IMG/VR virus record: IMGVR_UViG_3300006893_000009 | Span: 1-58,602 of that record | Source: a virus | Taxonomy: Duplodnaviria > Caudoviricetes | Direction: 5' to 3' (one strand) | DNA: 58,602 bases | Shown: positions 1-8,475 of the stretch, piece by piece | Numbering within the stretch: position 1 is the stretch's first letter | How the letters are laid out: the number at the start of each line of letters is the position of its first letter | Notes under the pieces: model-generated | Seen by the model: the letters and a program-made list of their open reading frames with translations, nothing else | What the model was told of the DNA's origin: nothing | Database searches by the model: none | Program-made: the position numbers and the translations under genes

Positions 1-14
1 AGCAGCTTGTTGAC
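1..14. repeat. Terminal overlap (circular contig), copy 1
   Basis: AGCAGCTTGTTGAC at 1-14 is identical to 58589-58602; joining the ends keeps a long ORF in frame. Confidence 0.9.
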
Positions 15-3000
15 TTGAAGAATGCCCGTGAAGCTGCCCGCGATGACAATGCTAAACAATTAATTGAAGAACAAATAAAAGGAAGTCTTGCTCGCGTCAG
101 CCAGATTCAAGACCTTCGTATGCAAGCTGTTGGCGTTGACGGTCTGCAAGCTCTCCGTGACGAACACTTTCAGCGCTCAGATTGGTACAAGAGTCGTGCA
201 GAAGGTATCAATAAATTACAGGACTTAACTGAGCGTAACGCTAAAACAGCGGAACAAATCTCTCAAGACCGTGCGACTCAGCCTCAAGCTGAAGCTATCA
301 ACCCTGAGACGGGTGAGGCAATGGCGTTGGAGCAAGGCGCTCCCATGCGTCCATTGTCGCGTTCTATCTTTGACCTTCTCCAGAATCGTAAGCCACGTTA
401 TACCCTTGATGACTTACAGGTTAATCAACCTAAGGAAGGCGTCACTCCTGAAGAATGGAAGACATTCACTGATGGGATGATGACTGACCTAAAGACTCGC
501 TATGCTAGTATCGTCCGTGACATTTCTATTCATCAGGATGTTGGTGGCGGCGCAGACCTTGAAGACACAGACATTCCTGACCGCATGAAAGAACTTGACG
601 CTGACGCTTCTATGATTGGTCAGTTTGACAAGCATCTTCGTGAACAGAAGCGTGCGGGTATTCGTGTTGACGTTGGCCGTCGTCCGCATCTTGAACCCCC
701 TGTTAATGCTGACGGGACCATTAAAGACCCCGCTGCCCTTTGGAAGATGGATGGTGCAACTTGGGCACGCATCAAGGGTTCCAAGAGTACGTCTCGTTCT
801 ATTCCCGAAGCCACTGAAGTTCGCCAATTCGCAAGAGACCAAGCTGCTTTTGGTCAGTTGCATGACATGGCTCGCGCTCATGTTGACCAGACTTTGAATC
901 CGTTGAGAGCTACGGCTCGTCAAGTACTTGACAATATGCAACCTGCTGCAAATCCTGAGGCTGGATTCGCTGGAGAACGCGCACCTGAATCTTACGAGAT
1001 TCCTTCTGTTGACGAGATACTCAAGCGTGCAAAGAGTGCTGGTATAGACGTTGTTACAAACATCACGCGAGATGGCAAGACTCCGAATTATGGTTGGCTA
1101 GCTCCTGATGGTAAGAGCGCTCTTGACCTTCATGAGGTCATGCATGTTGGAGCAGCCGGTCAAATTTTACCAGAATTGGGTAATGGCTTTGCTGCACAAA
1201 CTGCAATGTTGGATGCTGGCTGGATTAGGAAAGCATCACATCAGTATTTTGAAGTCGGAGAACTGACTGACAAAACTGTTGACACTATTGAGACTGATAC
1301 AATCTTGTCTGGGCGTCATGGGCATTCCTTGATTGTTGATACGAAGGGCGACCAAGGCAACATTCAACCGCTGTCCATTGACCGTGAATGGCAAGATGGT
1401 AGCTTGAAGAAAGCTATTAAACAGGCTAAAGCTCGTCAGCGCTGGCTTGAACCTCAACCTCATGTCATTGACCTGTCTGATGAAGCTGGTAGAGTTCCCG
1501 GCGCGGTTAACCTTGGCGCGGCTTCTATTGGAGCCGTCGGTGGCCACATTGTCGGCCTTCATGCTGGTGGCCCTGTTGGTGCTCTCATTGGTGCAGTCAG
1601 CGGCTTTACCCTTGGCTATATCTCGCCAGAGCTTATCCGCAGTCGCTTCGTTCAGCGGGCATTCAGTGCTATGGAACCTGTTCTTAAGGCTGCTGGCATT
1701 GACGCTAAGAGTTGGGTGATGGGCTACAAGGCTCCTGATGCCATCCTACCTGAGATGAAGGACATCATTGACCAGCAACGTCGAGACCCGGAAGGTTCAG
1801 GTCTTGGCTTCTTAGAGCGTATGTCGCAGCTTCCAACTGATGCACGTCGTTACCTCTTCAACAAGTTTGCCATTCTTGATGACCAGCGGACTCCGGGGCT
1901 AACCAGTATGCTAAGTAAATATGACCCCCGTATTCCTGTAGGTGCGCGTCCTAGTGTAGATGCCAGCCCTTATGTCTCCCTTGCTGATGCCGCAGGTCAA
2001 ATCTCTGGACGCAAAGACTTCAATATCATTCAGTTCAGTTCCATTTACCATGATGCGATGCAAGCTGGACTCGACACTCACCTTATGGAGTATCTCAACC
2101 TTAAGGGTTACAAGCGTGTGTTTGATGTTATGGAAGAGCGCGTTCGTAATGGTGTCGCTCAGCTAAAACAGATTGACCAGAAACTTCAAGACCCTAAGCT
2201 CTCAATGAAAGACCGTGTGGGTTTACAGAGTGACCGTGACACAGTTAAACAGGATGCTAATGAAGCATGGAATAAGTTGAGTGGGAAGGTCGAAGCTGTA
2301 CCCGGTGGTTACACACCCCAAAGCATCAATGACGGTTTCCAAAAGCTAGCACAAACTCTTGGCCCAGACGCTATGCAGAAGATTGATGGATGGGCACAAC
2401 AGGTATTCAAATATGGCCGTCAGTCCCTTGACATGGCTCACGACAATGGTGTCGTCAGCGATGCCGTGTACAAGAAACTAATTGCTCGCGGTGATGAGTA
2501 CATTAACATGTCCCGCATTATGTCTGACCTTGCTGATAACTATTCTCGCTTTGACAAGCTTGGGAAGGCATCACCTATGTACGTGAGTAAGCAAAACATC
2601 ATCCGTAACCTTGAAGGCAGCGAGCGCGTGAACCAGAACCCTCTCAAGGCCAACATGATGATTAACAATGAGATGATGTCAGAAGCGATTCGCAATAAAG
2701 TTGTTGGGGAGTTCGTTCAAACCGCGACCGCGAATCCTGATATGTATGGCGACTCGTTCAAGAAGGTTGGTCCGAATTACAAACCACTCAAGGGTGAAGC
2801 TATAGTCACTCACTATGTTGATGGTAAGCCGCAACTTTATAAGGTGGGCGAAGATGTTTACCAAGCTCTACAAGGCGCTGCACCAATCAACCATGACATC
2901 GTATCTAAGGCAATGCAGAGTTTCTACAACGTATTCCGAGCAGGTGCAACTGGCTTGAACTTGGGTTTCCAACTTGCCGCTCTACCAACTGACATCATGC

Positions 3001-4535
3001 GTCCGCGCATTCTGTCTGATGTGAAAATCTCTGGCAACTGGATGAAGTTCGGTCGGCTGTGGGGTAAGAATCTTGTTGGCTCTCTTACCAAGTCCCCTGA
3101 ATGGCAAGAAGCTATTCAACAAGGTTACCTATTCTCTGGGCTACAACGTCTTATAACTCCAGAGATGAAATTGGAGACCGCATCACTTGGAGTTGGTCAG
3201 AAGATTGCTAAGTTCCGCTTGCTGTCTGCTGCGGAAGATTTGGCGGCAGCCCGTGCTGATGCTGTTAAGATGACTACTTTCCAAATGCTTCGTGAGCAAG
3301 GCTACTCTGAAAAAGCAGCCCGCTACGAGACCAAACGCTATGGTGGTATGCCTGACTACTCTCAGTCTGGTGACTTGCATCCTGCAATCAGACTAGCTAC
3401 AGTATTCTTTAACGCTGACCTACAACACTTGGGTCAGACTATGAGCCGTTTGGCTGACAAGCCTGAGCGCATCCTGCCCATTCTGGGAAGCCTGACTGCC
3501 ATGACAATGGCCCTCTCCACTTGGAACTACTCACACAAGGATGAAGATGGTCAACCGCTCATGCGCAGAGTCCCTGCTGATGAACGCGACCGGAACTTTA
3601 TTATCTTGACTGGTGGCACTCATCCCACCTCTAGTGGGTCCTATACGCCCAATAGATTGTCTGTTCGTAAGCCTGACATCATCATGTACACCATCAACCC
3701 TGTTGAGAATGCTTTGAACAAGGCAATTGGGTTTGAGAATCGTAAGGCTATTGAGATTGCAGCCGACGCCATTAAGGGTTTGACACCGTTCTCTCATGGC
3801 TCTATTACAGCCGAACATCCTGTTAGGGACGCTGCACGTTCAATTGGTGGCTCTATTAACCCGCTGGTTAGAGTGCCTCTTGAAGAGGCTGCGAATAAGC
3901 AGTTTGGTACAGGCTCGCCCATTGTAAGCCGTCCAAGCATCGCTCCTCAATATCAAGCTACGGCTGGCACACCATCTGTTTATCAACAGATGGGTCAAGC
4001 TACAGGTACATCTCCTCAACGTCTACAACACATTGCAGGGGGACTGACTGGCGGCTTGGCTGATGCTGTTGCACAACAGATGGACCCGTATGTTCGTCAA
4101 GGCGCTGCTGGCCCACTCAAGGGAACGCAAGGCGCTAGGCGTCAGCTTCCTGTCATTGGTCAGGCTGCTGCCAGACTCACTGGAGGTAACGTGGACGCTG
4201 TTGAACAGCAGGCTACCACTAAATTCTATGACCGCTTGGAGCAAACTAAGGAAGCTCAACAGACCTTTGATTACCTCAAGAAGTCCAATCCGCAAAAGGC
4301 TCAGGAGTTCTTACAGAGCAACCGTAATCTAATCAGTACTTCAGGCTTTACAAATAGAGCTGCTATCCAATTGGGTAAGCTCGCACAGATGCGTTCGGAA
4401 ATCCAAACCAACCCGAACATCTCTGATGAAGACAAGACCAAGCAACTTGCGAACATTGCAAAAGCTCGCATCACTTACATGAATGCGTACAACGAAGCAC
4501 TGGACAGAGTTCTTTCTCAAGGAGCAAATAAATGA
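15..4535 (+). CDS. C-terminal 1506 aa of a giant internal virion/DNA-ejection polyvalent protein (begins at 57046); LPD38-like C-terminus
   Basis: In frame with 57046-58602 across the junction (..NFKQLVD|LKNAREAA..). C-terminal PDYSQSG..FFNA..ERDRNFIIL..NPLVRVPLEEAANKQFGTGSPI..SPQRLQHI resembles LPD38. Last of the ejection-gene block. Confidence 0.75.
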   Translation: MKNAREAARDDNAKQLIEEQIKGSLARVSQIQDLRMQAVGVDGLQALRDEHFQRSDWYKSRAEGINKLQDLTERNAKTAEQISQDRATQPQAEAINPETGEAMALEQGAPMRPLSRSIFDLLQNRKPRYTLDDLQVNQPKEGVTPEEWKTFTDGMMTDLKTRYASIVRDISIHQDVGGGADLEDTDIPDRMKELDADASMIGQFDKHLREQKRAGIRVDVGRRPHLEPPVNADGTIKDPAALWKMDGATWARIKGSKSTSRSIPEATEVRQFARDQAAFGQLHDMARAHVDQTLNPLRATARQVLDNMQPAANPEAGFAGERAPESYEIPSVDEILKRAKSAGIDVVTNITRDGKTPNYGWLAPDGKSALDLHEVMHVGAAGQILPELGNGFAAQTAMLDAGWIRKASHQYFEVGELTDKTVDTIETDTILSGRHGHSLIVDTKGDQGNIQPLSIDREWQDGSLKKAIKQAKARQRWLEPQPHVIDLSDEAGRVPGAVNLGAASIGAVGGHIVGLHAGGPVGALIGAVSGFTLGYISPELIRSRFVQRAFSAMEPVLKAAGIDAKSWVMGYKAPDAILPEMKDIIDQQRRDPEGSGLGFLERMSQLPTDARRYLFNKFAILDDQRTPGLTSMLSKYDPRIPVGARPSVDASPYVSLADAAGQISGRKDFNIIQFSSIYHDAMQAGLDTHLMEYLNLKGYKRVFDVMEERVRNGVAQLKQIDQKLQDPKLSMKDRVGLQSDRDTVKQDANEAWNKLSGKVEAVPGGYTPQSINDGFQKLAQTLGPDAMQKIDGWAQQVFKYGRQSLDMAHDNGVVSDAVYKKLIARGDEYINMSRIMSDLADNYSRFDKLGKASPMYVSKQNIIRNLEGSERVNQNPLKANMMINNEMMSEAIRNKVVGEFVQTATANPDMYGDSFKKVGPNYKPLKGEAIVTHYVDGKPQLYKVGEDVYQALQGAAPINHDIVSKAMQSFYNVFRAGATGLNLGFQLAALPTDIMRPRILSDVKISGNWMKFGRLWGKNLVGSLTKSPEWQEAIQQGYLFSGLQRLITPEMKLETASLGVGQKIAKFRLLSAAEDLAAARADAVKMTTFQMLREQGYSEKAARYETKRYGGMPDYSQSGDLHPAIRLATVFFNADLQHLGQTMSRLADKPERILPILGSLTAMTMALSTWNYSHKDEDGQPLMRRVPADERDRNFIILTGGTHPTSSGSYTPNRLSVRKPDIIMYTINPVENALNKAIGFENRKAIEIAADAIKGLTPFSHGSITAEHPVRDAARSIGGSINPLVRVPLEEAANKQFGTGSPIVSRPSIAPQYQATAGTPSVYQQMGQATGTSPQRLQHIAGGLTGGLADAVAQQMDPYVRQGAAGPLKGTQGARRQLPVIGQAAARLTGGNVDAVEQQATTKFYDRLEQTKEAQQTFDYLKKSNPQKAQEFLQSNRNLISTSGFTNRAAIQLGKLAQMRSEIQTNPNISDEDKTKQLANIAKARITYMNAYNEALDRVLSQGANK

Positions 4536-4866
4536 ACATCTACATCGCATTAGCTAGTGTTGCTGTCGCTGTAGGTGCAGCCGGACAATTTGCTGACGCA
4601 TACACGACGTATCAAGGCGTTAAGAAATTTGGTCCAAGCATTGAAGGCGACCAGAACTGGCTTGCTCAGTTTATCGTTAATCACTTCCCTTGGTCTATGG
4701 CTATCAAACCCGCAGGGATGGTTGGAATCGGCGCACTGTTGATTGCCATTAGCCCTCAATCAACGGTGGTGGATTAGCCCTAGCTGGTATCCTTGGGACT
4801 GCCTCAGCTATCATCAGCTTCGTTACCGCACGCGACAATAGCAACATCAACGCTACAAAGTCATAG
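4532..4866 (+). CDS. DUF5658-like membrane protein, apparently frameshifted near 4758
   Basis: Hydrophobic helices and DAYTT..G..EG motif; the -1 frame continues NGGGLALAGILGTASAIISF..TKS* to TAG at 4866. Confidence 0.5.
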
Positions 4867-4885
4867 ACCCTTTAGGAGGTGGGTA

Positions 4886-5299
4886 ATGTTCAACAGGAGA
4901 TTTGCAGTCCAGAAATGGGTTGGTCGGTATCAGTCTGACCTAATCTATCTCTATGGGAAAAGGACTTTTCAGATAGCGGCTCGTAAACTTGAGACGTTCT
5001 TTGAGCATTTCCCTGAGATGACTAATCTCAATGAACTCACTTTGCCTGACCTTGTGGATTATGTTGAGCGCCGGAAAAATGAAGGCGCAAGCTATCGTAC
5101 TGTTGAAATGGAGATAAGAGCGGTGAGACGTCTTTATACATGGCTCATTGAAAAGTGGATGTATCCGAACGCTAACCCCGCGCTAGCCTTCGCTCCGCTT
5201 CCTTTCAAAAAAAGGAAATGCCCCAAATCCGAAGACTTGGGGCAAGTTAAGATTGAGCGTGAACTTCTTAAGGATGAAGACCTAGACTATCTCTTGTAG
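4886..5299 (+). CDS. Stand-alone tyrosine-recombinase N-terminal SAM-like/core-binding domain protein (no catalytic domain)
   Basis: LPDLVDYVERRKNEGASYRTVEMEIRAVRRLYTWL..NPA pattern; AGGAGG SD before ATG 4886; only 137 aa. Confidence 0.65.
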   Translation: MFNRRFAVQKWVGRYQSDLIYLYGKRTFQIAARKLETFFEHFPEMTNLNELTLPDLVDYVERRKNEGASYRTVEMEIRAVRRLYTWLIEKWMYPNANPALAFAPLPFKKRKCPKSEDLGQVKIERELLKDEDLDYLL

Positions 5300-5748
5300 C
5301 CTGTTGGGTCGTCATCTAAAGATGAATCTGAGCAGTTGGGCGGGACTCTGCGTGGCAAATTCTGTGGTTGAAGAAATATTTGATATTGGTTTAAACTTTT
5401 TGGATCAAAATACGCTACCACTCCTCCGGGGGTGGTATATTTTTTTGGTCGGTCATCAAGTTCGTTGTGCGTTCGTTCGTACTCCATAAGAGCGAAGCAA
5501 TAGAACACAACAGCGGCCAAGTGATGTTGACCTTCAGGGTCGATTGAATTACCAGCCCAGAATTTCCATGCATGACGCATCATTGCACCAAAGCAACGTG
5601 ACCAGCTTATTCCTTTCTCCCAATTACGGTCAGCATACTTTTTACACCCGATGGTATAGACTTCTGCTAGTCTCTCAAGCGGGTATGCTGGTATCAAATC
5701 GTAGCGCAATTTTCCGTCATCAAATTTCTTGCCACTTTCATTAGACAT
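5287..5748 (-). CDS. dATP/dGTP diphosphohydrolase domain protein (DUF5664-like)
   Basis: KFDDGKLRYDLIP..GCKKYADRNWEKG..AMMRH..DPEGQHHLA signature; GGAGGG SD before ATG 5748. Confidence 0.85.
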   Translation of the reverse strand: MSNESGKKFDDGKLRYDLIPAYPLERLAEVYTIGCKKYADRNWEKGISWSRCFGAMMRHAWKFWAGNSIDPEGQHHLAAVVFYCFALMEYERTHNELDDRPKKYTTPGGVVAYFDPKSLNQYQIFLQPQNLPRRVPPNCSDSSLDDDPTGYKR

Positions 5749-6328
5749 GTAAACCCTCCGTGGCTTGAATAATATCAATCAACTCATTCACGCTGCCCAA
5801 TCGTGGGGCAATTTGAACTTCCTGATTGTAAGACATATCCTTGATGAAGGTTGCACATGCAGGAGCCTTGTCTAGTACATCTTGTACATTCGATGGCTTG
5901 TCATCAAGAAAGAAGTCAAGGTCTAATCCAGCCGCAATTAAGCCCTTGTTCGCACCAACGAGAACATTCGTCTCTTCAAGTTGGTGAGTCATGTATAGCC
6001 ACTTCTTCGTCTGCATTTCAATAGGCATCCCAACGCACTTCTCAGGCCGATGTGTTATGAAGTAAACAAGATGGTTCTTAACAAGCCACCCCAGACTATA
6101 TGCACTGGGAAGTGGGTCAAGACTAGTCCACCAATCAGGAGTGTTCTCAATGTGCTTCCAGAGCTGACTGTTCTCAGCCTTAGTGACACCAAGACAATAG
6201 AAGTCCCAATTATCTTGAATGATTCCTTCTGTGTCTTTATTACAATAGGTCTTGAAGAACTTTCTAGCTGCGCCTGTAAAGTCCGCTAAGACACCATCAA
6301 TATCCAAACCGATTCGATAGCGTTTCAT
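5741..6328 (-). CDS. HAD-family 5'(3')-deoxyribonucleotidase (NT5C-like)
   Basis: DIDGVLADF, ITHR, K, LDDKPSN motifs. Confidence 0.85.
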   Translation of the reverse strand: MKRYRIGLDIDGVLADFTGAARKFFKTYCNKDTEGIIQDNWDFYCLGVTKAENSQLWKHIENTPDWWTSLDPLPSAYSLGWLVKNHLVYFITHRPEKCVGMPIEMQTKKWLYMTHQLEETNVLVGANKGLIAAGLDLDFFLDDKPSNVQDVLDKAPACATFIKDMSYNQEVQIAPRLGSVNELIDIIQATEGLHV

Positions 6329-6479
6329 TTCCCCTCCATTTCATAAATTGTCCACACAGTTCACAACGAGGAGGCCATTCTCCACCAGAATGTATCGGGC
6401 ACTCCTCACTGGGTTCTAAACCAGCTACAGAACAACAGCAAGTAGTTGGTCGTTGGCATTTATGATTTTGCTTGTCCAT
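6297..6479 (-). CDS. Small Cys-rich hypothetical protein
   Basis: CCCS..ECPIH..RCELCG; overlaps both neighbours in the operon. Confidence 0.45.
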   Translation of the reverse strand: MDKQNHKCQRPTTCCCSVAGLEPSEECPIHSGGEWPPRCELCGQFMKWRGNETLSNRFGY

Positions 6480-7239
6480 AGCCCTTCCCACCGTAGCAAC
6501 ATTGACCATTCGTCACGATACACGAGTAGAGATTGAAGTGACCATTCGACAGTGTATCAATCATCACAAACCCATTCAACCAAGCCGTTGGCCGATTCCT
6601 GAGATAAGACGGATTGACATTCCCCGCAGTCGGGGCTATTGTACCCATCCACTTATTACTATGCTCAACTGGTGAAATCTTTGTGTAAGTTTGCGGAGCA
6701 TGAGTGTGGCCAGCAAGCACGTTACTTGCATACATCTCCACAGCTTTCCGCGCCGGAAATGTCCCTGCTTGGTTCCCAATACCAGAAAGTACCTCTCCAT
6801 GAATCACCTTTAGCTTTCCTAGTTTGTACATATGGCCAAGAGGAATGATTTCCCAACCACGCTTCTCCAAGTCGAGAAGTGAAACGTGGTCAAGCACGCC
6901 TTCCAATTCAGGATGGGCTTCAACAAAGTCCCACTCAAATCTTTCATGGTTACCAATAATCCAAACCTTCTTACAACCCTTGGGCAACAGCTTCTCCAAT
7001 GGCGTAAGGATGTCCCGGTCAAATCCCTTGATGTCATTCAGGTAGGACTTGCGAGTCCGATACAAAGGCATCTGTTGAGTATGATGTGAGATACAATCGA
7101 AATGGAACTGGTCGCCCCCAAAGATGAAAGTTTCAATCTTGTTCTTGGAAAGATAATCGAAGATTGCACCATATGTTCCCTTCGAGTACAGCGGATAATG
7201 CGTGTCGAAAACGGCCATTGTTGAACTAACTTTTGACAT
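6460..7239 (-). CDS. Calcineurin-like metallophosphoesterase
   Basis: DTH, GGD..D, GNHE, HG, GHTH motifs. Confidence 0.9.
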   Translation of the reverse strand: MSKVSSTMAVFDTHYPLYSKGTYGAIFDYLSKNKIETFIFGGDQFHFDCISHHTQQMPLYRTRKSYLNDIKGFDRDILTPLEKLLPKGCKKVWIIGNHERFEWDFVEAHPELEGVLDHVSLLDLEKRGWEIIPLGHMYKLGKLKVIHGEVLSGIGNQAGTFPARKAVEMYASNVLAGHTHAPQTYTKISPVEHSNKWMGTIAPTAGNVNPSYLRNRPTAWLNGFVMIDTLSNGHFNLYSCIVTNGQCCYGGKGYGQAKS

Positions 7240-7247
7240 GGTTCTCC

Positions 7248-8117
7248 TTAGTTATCTGCATTCAGAACATGTGGAGACACACTATTCTTTGCAACCCTCT
7301 CAAGCTTCGCAGCGCCGGGAACATTGTTCCGTTCGTGCGGCTTATACTCTCCCATATAGGTTATCAACCCACTCTCTTCTCTTCGTACATACATGTTGTG
7401 TAACGGCTTCCCTCGCCGAATCTCAAACTCCAATTCAAGGATTGGTGTCGGGTGCGACGCTTCGGATTTCCGTGTAACGCCAATAAATGTATCCACAGCA
7501 CCAAACAGCGCAGAGCTTCCACGTAATTTATCGCCACCTTGTTTAGGATGTTCCTCACTCTGTTTGCCGATGTGATGAACAATTAAGATGGAAGTCTTAA
7601 AGGCATCTATCCAACGCTTACAAACTCGCAAGGTCGCGCTCATTTCTTGGGCGCTATTTTCATTGATTAACTGGAACTCCGCAAGTGGGTCAAAGATAAC
7701 TACGTCAGGCTTACAGGCAGCTATCTCATTCGCAATTGCGACTTTGCCTTCTGGAGTATCAAGTCTTAAGTCCATATCTCTTGACTTGATAAATATGTCC
7801 AGACCTACTCCGACTTCCCCTTCAAGCATTGGGAGTAGGCGGTCACGCATACCTTCGTCACCAATTTCTTGCTCAATGTAAAGGACTCTCTGCCGCTTAG
7901 TCACAGGCAGGACGGGTATGCCGCTGGCATACTTGGCGTCAAATATATTCTGGCCACGCGCTAGGTCGAGAATCATATTCAACACCACGTAGCTCTTATT
8001 ATGTTTCGGCGGCCCACCAATTACTGCGAGAGACTGACTAGGCAGTACACCCCGCCCAATGATTTGGGGTTTGTGTACGATTTCGCGCGTCAAAAAGTCC
8101 GTAAGCAGTTCTGCCAT
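7248..8117 (-). CDS. RepA-type (AAA_25, SF4-like) helicase
   Basis: Walker A GPPKHNKS, YIEQE, Walker B VIFDP, VHHIGK, LRGSSAL. Confidence 0.8.
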   Translation of the reverse strand: MAELLTDFLTREIVHKPQIIGRGVLPSQSLAVIGGPPKHNKSYVVLNMILDLARGQNIFDAKYASGIPVLPVTKRQRVLYIEQEIGDEGMRDRLLPMLEGEVGVGLDIFIKSRDMDLRLDTPEGKVAIANEIAACKPDVVIFDPLAEFQLINENSAQEMSATLRVCKRWIDAFKTSILIVHHIGKQSEEHPKQGGDKLRGSSALFGAVDTFIGVTRKSEASHPTPILELEFEIRRGKPLHNMYVRREESGLITYMGEYKPHERNNVPGAAKLERVAKNSVSPHVLNADN

Positions 8118-8130
8118 ACGGACTCCTTAG

Positions 8131-8460
8131 TTACTGAAGTGTTTCTTTCTTTGCACTAGGAAAGGTAATGACCTTCTCCTCTGCTGCCATCTCATCTTCA
8201 AACTGCTTGTTCAACTGTGCCTCTGCATGCATAAGTTCAAGCTGTTTGGTTCCCTTCTTCACGTTCTCAGCTACCTGAGCGTCTAGGTGAGCATCGAAGG
8301 TTTCTACTTCATTGAACTGAAAACTCTCGACAACATGCTCAAACCCACCATTGGTTTGTTTCGCTCTACGAACAGTGATTTCACTGTTATCTACATTAAG
8401 GACATACACCTTCTCACCAGTAATCTTGAGAACTAGAATGTCACCTTTTTGAATCGTCAT
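8131..8460 (-). CDS. Hypothetical protein
   Basis: ORF with SD between polymerase and helicase; IQKGDILVLKITGEKVYV. Confidence 0.6.
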   Translation of the reverse strand: MTIQKGDILVLKITGEKVYVLNVDNSEITVRRAKQTNGGFEHVVESFQFNEVETFDAHLDAQVAENVKKGTKQLELMHAEAQLNKQFEDEMAAEEKVITFPSAKKETLQ

Positions 8461-8475
8461 CAATCCCTCCAAGGG

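Noticed and set aside
4793-5299. Functional integrase and lysogeny module
   Set aside because: No catalytic domain, repressor or att-like duplication recognised
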